From a virus, in the IMG/VR virus record IMGVR_UViG_3300036852_000741, positions 1-64,000 of that record: a DNA stretch of 64,000 nt; one strand, given 5' to 3'. The stretch's first letter is position 1. Every line of letters begins with the position of its first letter. Under the pieces are notes generated by a model that saw only the letters and a program-made list of their open reading frames with translations, had not been told where the DNA came from and searched no databases. A program made the position numbers and the translations under genes. Shown here piece by piece: positions 9,657-17,666 of this stretch.

Positions 9657-10094
9657 ATGGACACCAGCACTATCGTGCGGCTGCTGCGCACGGCCGCCGA
9701 CGTGATGGAGGCCGACGCCAGCGAGAACGGGCACGCAGCCGAGCCGGCCGACGGGGGGCAGACGATCGCCGGGGTGTCGTACCAGAGCTACGTCATCACC
9801 ACCGACCCGGTGCTGCTGCGTCAGTTCTGGGACACCAGCGAGCCGCCGTTCCGGCGGCTGCTCAAGTACCTGGCCGAGCGCCCCGACCAGACCTTGCTCA
9901 CCAAGCGGGTCGCCCAGGAGCTTGGGCTCCCGCGCGGAGACAGGTCGCTCGCTGGCATGTTGGGCGCCGCCGGGCGACGCAAGACGCTGGGCGGGACTGG
10001 GTACTGGCCGTTCCGGGTGCGCTGGTCGCACGCGCAGGGCGGTCGAGTTATCGAGATGCCCGGCGAGGTCGCGGCGATCATCGCCACGTTCTAG
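9657..10094 (+). CDS. DUF6416-like putative wHTH protein
   Basis: LLKYLAERPDQ..LG..MPGEVA; paralog of 17667..18233. Confidence 0.5.
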   Translation: MDTSTIVRLLRTAADVMEADASENGHAAEPADGGQTIAGVSYQSYVITTDPVLLRQFWDTSEPPFRRLLKYLAERPDQTLLTKRVAQELGLPRGDRSLAGMLGAAGRRKTLGGTGYWPFRVRWSHAQGGRVIEMPGEVAAIIATF

Positions 10095-10101
10095 GCTTAG
10101 C

Positions 10102-10140
10102 GGCGCCGGGGGACCGGGCTACGGGCTCCCCCGGCGCCAC
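10102..10140. terminator. hairpin between convergent genes
   Basis: GGCGCCGGGGG..CCCCCGGCGCC. Confidence 0.5.
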
Positions 10141-10146
10141 CAGGCG

Positions 10147-11388
10147 TCACGCCGCCCGTTGGAACGTGACGCGCGTCGGGATCAGCACGACCTCGACGCC
10201 GCCCAACTCACCGTTGCGGTTCTTGGCGATGTAGACCTTGCCGGACTCCTCCGGCGTGCCGTCACTGCCCTGCTCGCGGTGGACGAACGTCACGATGTCC
10301 GCGTCGTTCTTGAGCATCCCCGAGCCCCGGATGTCGCCCAGCGTCGGCGCCGGGCGCGTCTGGCCGGACACCCGGTTCTCGTTGAGATGGATGGTCGCGA
10401 TCACCCCGCAGTTGCAGGTCGACTCCTTGCACATCTGGTTGATCGTGCGGCTGATCGCCGCCAGGTCGCGCTCCTCGCGGTGCTCGATGAGGTGCAGGAT
10501 GTCGATGCCCACCACGTCCCAGTGATGCCAGCGGGCGTGGCGCATGATGTCCTCCGCCGTCCAGCCGGCGCAGTCGGTGATCCCGAACGGGATTTTGTTG
10601 GCCGCCTGAGAGGCTAGGTGAAGCTGCCCGCTCGTCAGCCGGCGTCGCCGGATCAGCGACAACGCAACGCCGGAGTGCCGGGCGAGCATCCGGTCGACGC
10701 GCGCCGCCGTGCTCATCTCGTTGATGTAGAGGTGCACCTTGGCGCCCTCCGCTGCAATGCCTTCCAGGGTCTGGTCTAGCAGTGCCGACTTGCCGAAGCT
10801 CGACCAGCCGCCCAGCAGCATCACCTCGCCGCGCCGCAGCCCACCGGCGCACGCCGTGACCAACTCGGCGAACGGCAAGGTGAACGTCTCCTCCTCGCCG
10901 CTGGTCAGCCGCTCCAGCGCCTGGTCGGCCAGCATCTCCGGCGTCAAGGTGCGCTCCGAGTCGTCGCTCTGCGGGGTGAGCAGTGCCTCGGCCTGCGCCA
11001 CCTTCGCCATGTCCTGGCCGTCGGCGGCTTCGACCAGGAGCAGCCCCGCCGTGCGCCGCGTCCGCCAGTGCGCCAGGTCCATCACGTGGCGCGCGTAGTC
11101 GAGCACCGCCGACACCGCCGGGGCGTACGCCGCCATCCTGTCCACGTGGTTGGGCTCCAGGTCGGTGATCGCGCCGACGGTCACCGGCGTGATCGCCTTG
11201 CCCTGCAACGCCAGGTCGAGCATCGCCCGGTACGCCTTCCGGGGGACCTCGATGCCGAAGTGCTCGGGCCGCAGCCCGACGATCGTCTGCAACGGCCGCA
11301 GGTGCGCATCGCTGAGCATCACCGCACCGACGATGCCGTACTCCGCCTCGGCGTCAAACAGCTTGCCCGAGTCGTACAGGCCGCCCAT
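10147..11388 (-). CDS. DnaB-like replicative helicase
   Basis: EAEYGIVG N-domain, GGLRRGE, Walker A GWSSFGKS, EMS, PTLGDIRGSG.LKNDAD, IAKNRNG. Confidence 0.85.
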   Translation of the reverse strand: MGGLYDSGKLFDAEAEYGIVGAVMLSDAHLRPLQTIVGLRPEHFGIEVPRKAYRAMLDLALQGKAITPVTVGAITDLEPNHVDRMAAYAPAVSAVLDYARHVMDLAHWRTRRTAGLLLVEAADGQDMAKVAQAEALLTPQSDDSERTLTPEMLADQALERLTSGEEETFTLPFAELVTACAGGLRRGEVMLLGGWSSFGKSALLDQTLEGIAAEGAKVHLYINEMSTAARVDRMLARHSGVALSLIRRRRLTSGQLHLASQAANKIPFGITDCAGWTAEDIMRHARWHHWDVVGIDILHLIEHREERDLAAISRTINQMCKESTCNCGVIATIHLNENRVSGQTRPAPTLGDIRGSGMLKNDADIVTFVHREQGSDGTPEESGKVYIAKNRNGELGGVEVVLIPTRVTFQRAA

Positions 11389-12359
11389 CACGCCGCGACG
11401 AGGCCGAGGCGACGCAGCCGACTTGCCATCTCCTCTGCCTGCGCACGCCCCTCGGGCGTCGCCATCAGCCGCTGGTACTCCTCCTCGACCTCGCGGCACG
11501 CCTGTGCCTTCTCGGCCTCGATCTTGCGGTGGTACTCCGCCATCTGCGCGTCGCTGCGGCGCCTCTCGGCGTGCTGGTCGATGGCGGCGCTACGGACGCC
11601 GCGGGCCGCATCCCAGCCCTCCTGCTTCTCCATCCATCGCGAGAAGTGCGCCTGCAAGTCGACCTTGCGCCTGAACCGCCCCTCCTCGTTGGAGAGGTAG
11701 CTCGTCAGCCGCCGCGCCACGTAGACGGCATCGACGGCGGGATGTGTCGTGATCGCTCTGGAGACGGAGCGCCGTGACGGTGGTGCCCAGCGCTTCTTGC
11801 GAGCGAGGTCGGCGAGGACCGTGTAGGCCGGGTGGTCGCCACCGAGGTCCATCTCCTCCTGGGTGGGTGCGCACGCCTCGCGCGCGCTACCCCCCGTAAG
11901 GGGGGTTTCTTCTTTCTTTCCTCTCTTACACGCGAGGGACGTGTCTTCCTGGACGACACGTTGTGTCTTCCTGGACGACACGTTGATCGGTCGCTGGGCG
12001 TTGGACGTGTCTTCTGAGACGACACGTTGGGGCTCATCGAGGACGGTGTAGACGTTGCTCTTGCCGTCGCGCTCAACGAGCACCACGCCGGCTTCAACGA
12101 GCGCCTGGAGGTAGCGGACGGTGCAGTCGCGAGACATGCCGCAGCGCTCGGCGAGGGCGCTCTGGAGGCAGGTGAACGGTCCGCGGCCGGCTTCGTTGCG
12201 AAGCTCGGTGAGGGCCTGGTAGAGCCCGAGGCCGACGACGCGCTGGAGCCTCTTGCCGGAAGGCTCCTCGCGGCCGTCGAAGCGCGCGCGGATCGCGGTG
12301 GTGCTGGGGATGGTCTGGTAGGAGAAGGGGGCGGGGATGTGGCGGATCGTGTCCGTCAT
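11388..12359 (-). CDS. phage replication initiator (lambda O-like, wHTH)
   Basis: LAERCGMSRDCTVRYLQAL..SNVY HTH; internal iterons; coupled to the helicase. Confidence 0.75.
   Translation of the reverse strand: MTDTIRHIPAPFSYQTIPSTTAIRARFDGREEPSGKRLQRVVGLGLYQALTELRNEAGRGPFTCLQSALAERCGMSRDCTVRYLQALVEAGVVLVERDGKSNVYTVLDEPQRVVSEDTSNAQRPINVSSRKTQRVVQEDTSLACKRGKKEETPLTGGSAREACAPTQEEMDLGGDHPAYTVLADLARKKRWAPPSRRSVSRAITTHPAVDAVYVARRLTSYLSNEEGRFRRKVDLQAHFSRWMEKQEGWDAARGVRSAAIDQHAERRRSDAQMAEYHRKIEAEKAQACREVEEEYQRLMATPEGRAQAEEMASRLRRLGLVAA
11906..12029. repeat. iterons / probable origin of replication
   Basis: GTGTCTTCCTGGACGACACGTTG at 11941 and 11963, variant at 12007, next to a pyrimidine tract starting at 11906. 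Confidence 0.75.
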
Positions 12360-12640
12360 CGCTGTGACCGGAAGTCGCTGAGGTCGAGAACGACACGTGG
12401 GGCGGGGATTGAGCGGTCGACATGGAGATGGCAACGCTGCTGGGCGTATCGCTGGGCGGCGGCATCGTCCACGGCGCCGTTCTCCCAGCGGAACTCCTGG
12501 CTGTAGGAGACGGCGTTCCGGCAGCGCCTTCCGCTACGCGCCGTGGCGCTGCACTGCGGATGGATCGCCGCGATGCTCGGCGCCGGAATGACGATGGCCG
12601 CGTCGGAGCCCCATGCCGCCGGCCCATCCTGTACGCTCAT
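12356..12640 (-). CDS. small Cys/His zinc-finger-like protein
   Basis: CSATARSGRRC..CHLH; AAGGAGG RBS. Confidence 0.6.
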   Translation of the reverse strand: MSVQDGPAAWGSDAAIVIPAPSIAAIHPQCSATARSGRRCRNAVSYSQEFRWENGAVDDAAAQRYAQQRCHLHVDRSIPAPRVVLDLSDFRSQR

Positions 12641-12846
12641 GCGCACCTCCTTGTCAGAGGGTTTTAGGCGCCCCGGGCCAGCCGTAAGGCGATCCCGGGG
12701 CGCCTCTGTTACGGGCGTGTGAAGCTCTACTCGATCGGCCCCAGCCTGGGAAGCCCCTGTTCCTGCAAATTGCGGGTTTTTCCTCCGCCGTTCGGCGATA
12801 AAAATGTAGAGTTCGGTGTCGCCCATAGCCCAGTTCTGGGGGTCCG

Positions 12847-13275
12847 ATGCCGAACCTGAGCCCGTCGGCCGACGAGCAGGCCGAGATGGTGTGCCTTTAT
12901 CGTGAGCAGCGCCTGTCGATGGCCGAAATCGGCGACCGCATGAGTTGGAGCGCCACTGCGGTGCGCAACGCGCTGAAGCGCAACGGCGTGGCGATCCGGC
13001 CGCGGTCCTCGGGCGCTTGGCGCAGGCAGCTTGCGACGCCCGAGGTTGAGCGCACCCTGGCGCTTTACCGTTCTGGCGGGCCGAACGGTGGGCCGCTCTC
13101 AATGGCGGAAGTAGCTCGGGTTCTGGGGCTGGCCACCTCAACGATCTGGTTTCGCTTACGCCACATCGCTGGCGAGATGCCCCACCCGCCGCACCGGGGC
13201 CTGCGCCCCCGGGACCCCGAGCAGCCCCGGAGGGCCGCGATCGCGCGCTGGCAGAAAAACCGCGCGGAGTCCTAG
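12847..13275 (+). CDS. tandem HTH DNA-binding protein
   Basis: Two LSMAE(I/V) HTH repeats. Confidence 0.7.
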   Translation: MPNLSPSADEQAEMVCLYREQRLSMAEIGDRMSWSATAVRNALKRNGVAIRPRSSGAWRRQLATPEVERTLALYRSGGPNGGPLSMAEVARVLGLATSTIWFRLRHIAGEMPHPPHRGLRPRDPEQPRRAAIARWQKNRAES

Positions 13276-13343
13276 CTCACATCCTGGGTATCGCCTATCC
13301 TGACGTGAGCTACGAGCGCCGATGCGCCACGAGGAGCCGCGCA

Positions 13344-13907
13344 ATGGAAGGCACCCGCACCCCCATCAAGATCGTCGTCTACGGCACGCCGGCCCCCGCG
13401 GGGTCCAAGACGAGCACCGCCGTCTACCGCAAGGACCCGCAGACCGGCAGGGCGGTTCCGGTGATGACCGGGGACGGCCGGGTCATCACCAGGGTGCGCG
13501 ACGCCAACCCGGACGCCGGGTCGTGGAAGGAGTCGGTGGCTCAGCGCGCCCGCGAGCAGTACGACGGGCCGGTGCTCACGGGCGCGGTGCGCCTGGAGGT
13601 GACGTTCTTCACGCCGCGGGGTGCCAACCACTACGGCACGGGGCGCAACGCGGGGCGCCTGAAGGACTCGGCGCCGCTGTTCGTCACCAAGAAGCCCGAC
13701 GCACTCAAGCTCGCCCGCGCGGTCGAGGACGCACTGACGAACGTCGTCTGGGCCGACGACGCGCTGGTCTGGCAGGGCGCGCAGCGCAAGGTGTGGGTGG
13801 AGCGCACGGAGCCCGCCGGCTGCGAGATACTGGTCACGCCCGAGCCCGTGCTCACAGTGGGCGATCAGCGCGGTGCCGGGCAGGGCACCCTCGCGCTCGT
13901 CGCGTAG
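13344..13907 (+). CDS. rusA: RusA-family Holliday junction resolvase
   Basis: PAPAGSK, KPDALKLARAVEDALT..WADD. Confidence 0.85.
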   Translation: MEGTRTPIKIVVYGTPAPAGSKTSTAVYRKDPQTGRAVPVMTGDGRVITRVRDANPDAGSWKESVAQRAREQYDGPVLTGAVRLEVTFFTPRGANHYGTGRNAGRLKDSAPLFVTKKPDALKLARAVEDALTNVVWADDALVWQGAQRKVWVERTEPAGCEILVTPEPVLTVGDQRGAGQGTLALVA

Positions 13908-14036
13908 AGGCTTGCCAAGGGAGAGCCGGGTCGCCGGAGTGCCTGCGGGCTACCGGTGATCCGGCCTGCTCCAATAGCAAGGTGCGGCATGGCCGCGGTG
14001 CGCCTTCGCGCAATCGCGTTGCGGATCGCTTTAGGG

Positions 14037-14057
14037 GTGCGCACATCGTGTTAGGCT
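14037..14057 (+). promoter_or_regulatory. variant operator/extended -10 promoter of the RAMP-like gene
   Basis: GTGCGCACATCGTGTTAGGCT (TGn-TAGGCT). Confidence 0.55.
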
Positions 14058-14132
14058 GCCGCCTCCTGGCTGGGCGTGGCATGGCAGCCACGACCTCGGG
14101 CTATCACACACAGCGACCAGGAGGGTCGAACA

Positions 14133-14774
14133 TTGAGCACTGTGGCCGAGCGCAAGCGGGTCATCCCCGCCGCGTACCGTGAAGGCACCATCCGAATCGA
14201 GGGGACCGCTCCGCTGCTGATGCACCGGGACACGCTCCTTGACTTGGCGCATCCGATCACCCGCGAGTTTAAGCTGCTCGCCGGCAAGAGCAGTAAGGAC
14301 CGCACGCCGGACGACGAGATGAACCTGGCCAAGCTGGAATGGCTGGCGGGCATCTACCACGACGAGGACCTTGGGCCGTTCATCCCGGGCGTCAACGTCA
14401 AGACGGCGCTGGCGGAGGCCGCCACGCGCTGGAAGAAGGGCGCCACCATCCGGCGCTCCCTCATCGTCCTGGAGCACAAGCTGGCGCTGGAGTTCAGCGG
14501 GCCACGCGACCTGGAGACGCTTTGGGAGGAGGGCTACCGCGACGTGCGCGGCGCCGTCAACTCGGGCTACGGGCGCGGCCGGGTGTCGCGCTGCCGGCCA
14601 TGCTTCCCGGACTGGGCGCTGACCGCCGAGGCCGCCTACGACCCGGCGGAGGTCGGCGAGGACACCGTGGTCGCCGCGCTGGAGGTGGCGCAGATGCGCG
14701 GCCTGGGCGACTTTCGCCCGGAGTTCGGCACGTTCGTAGCGACGTGGACGCCGAAGACGAACGGTACGAAGTGA
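14133..14774 (+). CDS. stand-alone Cas7/RAMP-like protein
   Basis: TIRIEGTAPLLMH, PFIPGVNVKTAL and C-terminal G-rich loop GLGDFRPEFGTF mirror RAMP hallmarks; AGGAGG 8 nt before TTG. Confidence 0.65.
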   Translation: MSTVAERKRVIPAAYREGTIRIEGTAPLLMHRDTLLDLAHPITREFKLLAGKSSKDRTPDDEMNLAKLEWLAGIYHDEDLGPFIPGVNVKTALAEAATRWKKGATIRRSLIVLEHKLALEFSGPRDLETLWEEGYRDVRGAVNSGYGRGRVSRCRPCFPDWALTAEAAYDPAEVGEDTVVAALEVAQMRGLGDFRPEFGTFVATWTPKTNGTK

Positions 14775-14944
14775 TGAGCGCCTACCAGAAGCTCGTCCAG
14801 GCGCGGGACGCCGTGTTCCATGCGATGGGCTGGGTGCCCCGGCAGTTCGACGTGCCCGAGACTGAGGGCTCGATCGAGCGGCTGAACGCAGAGCTACACG
14901 CTCGGAGCCACGCTGCGCTGCGGCGGAGGATCAAGGGCGAGTAG
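14774..14944 (+). CDS. 56-aa protein coupled to the RAMP-like gene
   Basis: TGATG overlap; MSAYQKLVQARDAVFH.. Confidence 0.55.
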   Translation: MSAYQKLVQARDAVFHAMGWVPRQFDVPETEGSIERLNAELHARSHAALRRRIKGE

Positions 14945-14949
14945 GACGA

Positions 14950-15269
14950 GGCCCGGCAAGGCGGGGCTTGGCAACGCGGGGCCTGTCGTGGCAAGGCGTG
15001 GCATGGGCGGGGCATGGGCCAGGTACGGCGTGGCGAGGGATGGCCGCGGCGAGGCTCGGCAAGGCCCGGCCCGGCGTGGCACGGTTCGGTGCGGCTGGGC
15101 GCGGCCTGCCATGGCAAGGCAGGGCGAGGCATTGCGCAGCGTGGCCAGGAGCGGCATGGCCGGGCTGGGCGTGGCGCGGCACGGCGCGGCGAGGTCTGGC
15201 GAGGCGCGGAGGGCATGGCTAGGCCAGGCGCGGCGAGGCTGGGCGCGGCCCGGTGGGTTCGGTGCGGTC
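14950..15269 (+). ncRNA. GGY-NN pentamer array, candidate guide RNA
   Basis: About 60 tandem 5-mers with fixed GGC/GGT and variable NN; no credible ORF. Confidence 0.65.
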
Positions 15270-15294
15270 GGTGGTCACGCTGCCGATCGCACCG

Positions 15295-15558
15295 TCAGAC
15301 CATCTGGCGCACGAGCTTGCGGCCTTCGCGTGAGGCGGTCAGTGCGGTCTGGTGGTCGGCCCCGCGGGCTCGCTCGCTGTGATAAATGGCGGTCTCAAGC
15401 TCCGCAACAAGCACCCAGACGATCGCCTGACGATCGAGTTGGGTCATGCGCTCTGCCATCGTGATCGCAACTAGCAGAGCATCAACCCGGCGGGCGGAGC
15501 GCTCGGCGAGGTGCTTCCAGCGGCGCCGGACTTCGGCGCGGACCTGGGCGGCGGTCAC
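15295..15558 (-). CDS. hypothetical protein
   Basis: GTG overlapping the upstream stop. Confidence 0.45.
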   Translation of the reverse strand: MTAAQVRAEVRRRWKHLAERSARRVDALLVAITMAERMTQLDRQAIVWVLVAELETAIYHSERARGADHQTALTASREGRKLVRQMV

Positions 15559-15812
15559 TAGTCCAGCCACCCGAAGCTGGCGACCTTGGCGTAGGACCCC
15601 GGTGCCGAGAGGTCGTCGCGGGTGACCGTGGCGTACGCGCAGTGCCCGTTGGTCAGGGCCTTGAGCGCGTCGGCGTTGTCGCCGTCGAGCGCGACGACGA
15701 GCTTGTCGTCGTCGGCGGTGGTGTAGACGACGGTGGCGCGCGCCCGCAGCGCGATGCCGGAGCCGTCGTAGGCGTAGGTGACGAGCACCTTGTTGCCGGT
15801 GGTCACGTCCAT
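15558..15812 (-). CDS. hypothetical protein
   Basis: CCCGACCAAGGAG RBS at 15819-15831. Confidence 0.65.
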   Translation of the reverse strand: MDVTTGNKVLVTYAYDGSGIALRARATVVYTTADDDKLVVALDGDNADALKALTNGHCAYATVTRDDLSAPGSYAKVASFGWLD

Positions 15813-16075
15813 CGTGGTCTCCTTGGTCGGGAACTCTCGCTTCCGGGTGGGACCCGCGGAGACAGCGAACGCGGCGGCTGGCCATCCCGGGCGGTACCAG
15901 CCCGGGTGGGCTTCACGCCACTCCAGCCTTCTTTCGACCCGGGGTGCCACCCCCGGACCGCCGCGCTGCTCGCCCTGGCGGGGCGACGGGCGCGGGACGC
16001 CCTGGCTCGTCGCTGCCTTCGTGGGCCTCACCCGGCCCTCCGGCGGCCGGAGCCTTTCCGACCGCACCCACATGG

Positions 16076-16094
16076 TAGCACACATCGTGAGCTA
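16076..16094 (-). promoter_or_regulatory. operator/promoter repeat
   Basis: TAGCTCACGATGTGTGCTA-CCAT on the minus strand. Confidence 0.8.
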
Positions 16095-16104
16095 GTCCTA
16101 CCAA

Positions 16105-16281
16105 TCAGTGCTCGATTGCCGTCATGCGCTGGTCAAGGCGCGCGAGGGCAACCTCTATCGCGCTCACGCGATCCTCGACTCTGCCCAGGCGGGCCTCGAT
16201 GCTCCGCAACGAGCGTGTGATCCAGGCAGTCTGGAGAGCCAGTAGGCCAGCAAACGCCGCGATTGTTTCCCAGTCGATCAT
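16105..16281 (-). CDS. small membrane-anchored coiled-coil protein
   Basis: MIDWETIAAFAGLLALQTAW then heptad repeats; AGGAGG RBS; below the ORF-track cutoff. Confidence 0.6.
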   Translation of the reverse strand: MIDWETIAAFAGLLALQTAWITRSLRSIEARLGRVEDRVSAIEVALARLDQRMTAIEH

Positions 16282-16290
16282 GGCTTCCTC

Positions 16291-16668
16291 CTACTCCCAA
16301 ACGGCGCGCGGGTCGCACTCGCCCAGGAGCGCGTTGAGGTCGCTGCGGCTGTAGCGCAGATGACGCCACTCCTCGGCTGCGAAGCGATGGCCGTGGGCCT
16401 CCAGTAGGGCGCGCCGCGCCCGCACGAGCCCGTCAACCGCCTGGGTGAGCAGGCGCCGGTTGCTGGGCTTGCGGCGGTCCTTGATCGACTGGCGCGTATA
16501 TGCCCGCTCGGCCTCCAGCAGGTTGACCAGTCGGGCAAGCTGCCGGCGTCGCTCGGGGTCCTCGCACGCACGGCGCTCGGCCTGGGCCTCGCGCAGCGCC
16601 TGTGCGATGCGCGCGTTGTAGCCCTCGGCCCAGGCGATCTTGCGTTTCATGAGCCTGGAGACGGCCAT
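16291..16668 (-). CDS. hypothetical protein
   Basis: Coupled ORF. Confidence 0.55.
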   Translation of the reverse strand: MAVSRLMKRKIAWAEGYNARIAQALREAQAERRACEDPERRRQLARLVNLLEAERAYTRQSIKDRRKPSNRRLLTQAVDGLVRARRALLEAHGHRFAAEEWRHLRYSRSDLNALLGECDPRAVWE

Positions 16669-16982
16669 CAGTCGCAGAAGGGCTCCTCGACCCGGACCAT
16701 CCACACCTGCCGGCGCGGTCCCAGCGTGTTGTCGGTCAGCGCCACGTCCTCAGTGCACTCCAGGCGCTTGAGGCGCGGCCGGAAGTGCGAGTCCATCGAG
16801 CCGTCGGAGGGCTCCTCGGTAAACGGGTGCACGCACGCCCGGATCAGGTCTTTCATCTGCCCCTCTAGCAGGCAGTCCCAGCGCTGGGCGCCCTCGATGG
16901 TGATTTTCGCTTCGTAGGTATGCGGCCCATACGGACGGGGCTGGCCCCGCTGTAGGTGTTCGACTGCGATCTTCATGCTCAT
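16668..16982 (-). CDS. hypothetical protein
   Basis: Coupled ORF. Confidence 0.55.
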   Translation of the reverse strand: MSMKIAVEHLQRGQPRPYGPHTYEAKITIEGAQRWDCLLEGQMKDLIRACVHPFTEEPSDGSMDSHFRPRLKRLECTEDVALTDNTLGPRRQVWMVRVEEPFCD

Positions 16983-17593
16983 CCCTGCATCGCCTCCTTG
17001 AGCGTGTCGTTGAACTCCGGGCAGTCCAGGACGCCGTAGGTGCCCTTGGCCATGACGACCTCGATCAGGCGCTCGCGCGAGACGCGCACGCCCAGGTACT
17101 CGGCCGCCTCGCGGCTGGGGTGCTCGTGCTCCTGCTCACCGGTGCCCTGGCACCAGCGGCAGTCGACCTCCTCCCAGCCGGCCTCGTCGCCGTCCTCGTC
17201 CCACTCGACGGCCTTCTGGACGGTGCCGTTGCCCTGGCAGAAGCCGCACTCGGTTCCGCCGTCGCGCCAGGTCACGTCGATGACTTCGCCGCACTCGTTG
17301 ACCACCCAGGCGTGATGGCAGGCGATCAGGCCGGGCGTGTAGGCGTAGCCCTCGCAGTAGGTGAGGGCACCCTCACCGTCGGTGCTGAAGGCGGCGCCGA
17401 AGGCGTTGCCAAAGCAGTTCCTGGTCTCGCCGTACTCCATGCCGGCGGGCAGGTCGATCCGCGGGCCCATCGCCTCACCGTGCTCCAGCAGGTACTTGGC
17501 GATCAGCGAGTCGAGCGTGTCGCGCCCGAACTTCGTGTGCGCGTCGATTGTCTGCTGAAGCCAGTGCCGAACGGTGTCGGCGGATGCGTTCAC
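16979..17593 (-). CDS. putative papain/transglutaminase-fold protein with DnaJ-type zinc finger
   Basis: NCFGNA, YCEGYA, HHAW, IDVTW plus CGFCQGNG..CRWCQGTG. Confidence 0.55.
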   Translation of the reverse strand: MNASADTVRHWLQQTIDAHTKFGRDTLDSLIAKYLLEHGEAMGPRIDLPAGMEYGETRNCFGNAFGAAFSTDGEGALTYCEGYAYTPGLIACHHAWVVNECGEVIDVTWRDGGTECGFCQGNGTVQKAVEWDEDGDEAGWEEVDCRWCQGTGEQEHEHPSREAAEYLGVRVSRERLIEVVMAKGTYGVLDCPEFNDTLKEAMQG

Positions 17594-17641
17594 GGCGCGT
17601 GCTCCTTGGTCGGGTGCGGCCTTCCGACCGCACCCCAAGGA

Positions 17642-17660
17642 TAGCACACGATGTGTGCTG
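17642..17660 (-). promoter_or_regulatory. operator/promoter repeat
   Basis: CAGCACACATCGTGTGCTA-TCCT, hairpin and CCCGACCAAGGAG. Confidence 0.75.
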
Positions 17661-17666
17661 GTGGTG

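Noticed and set aside
14950-15269. CRISPR array or simple microsatellite
   Set aside because: No 25-45 bp repeats with spacers, and NN is too diverse for a slippage repeat.
14782-15464. Several Arg/Gly/Ala/Pro-rich ORFs over the pentamer array
   Set aside because: Low-complexity translations of a 5-nt periodic repeat in many frames, without a credible RBS; better read as non-coding.
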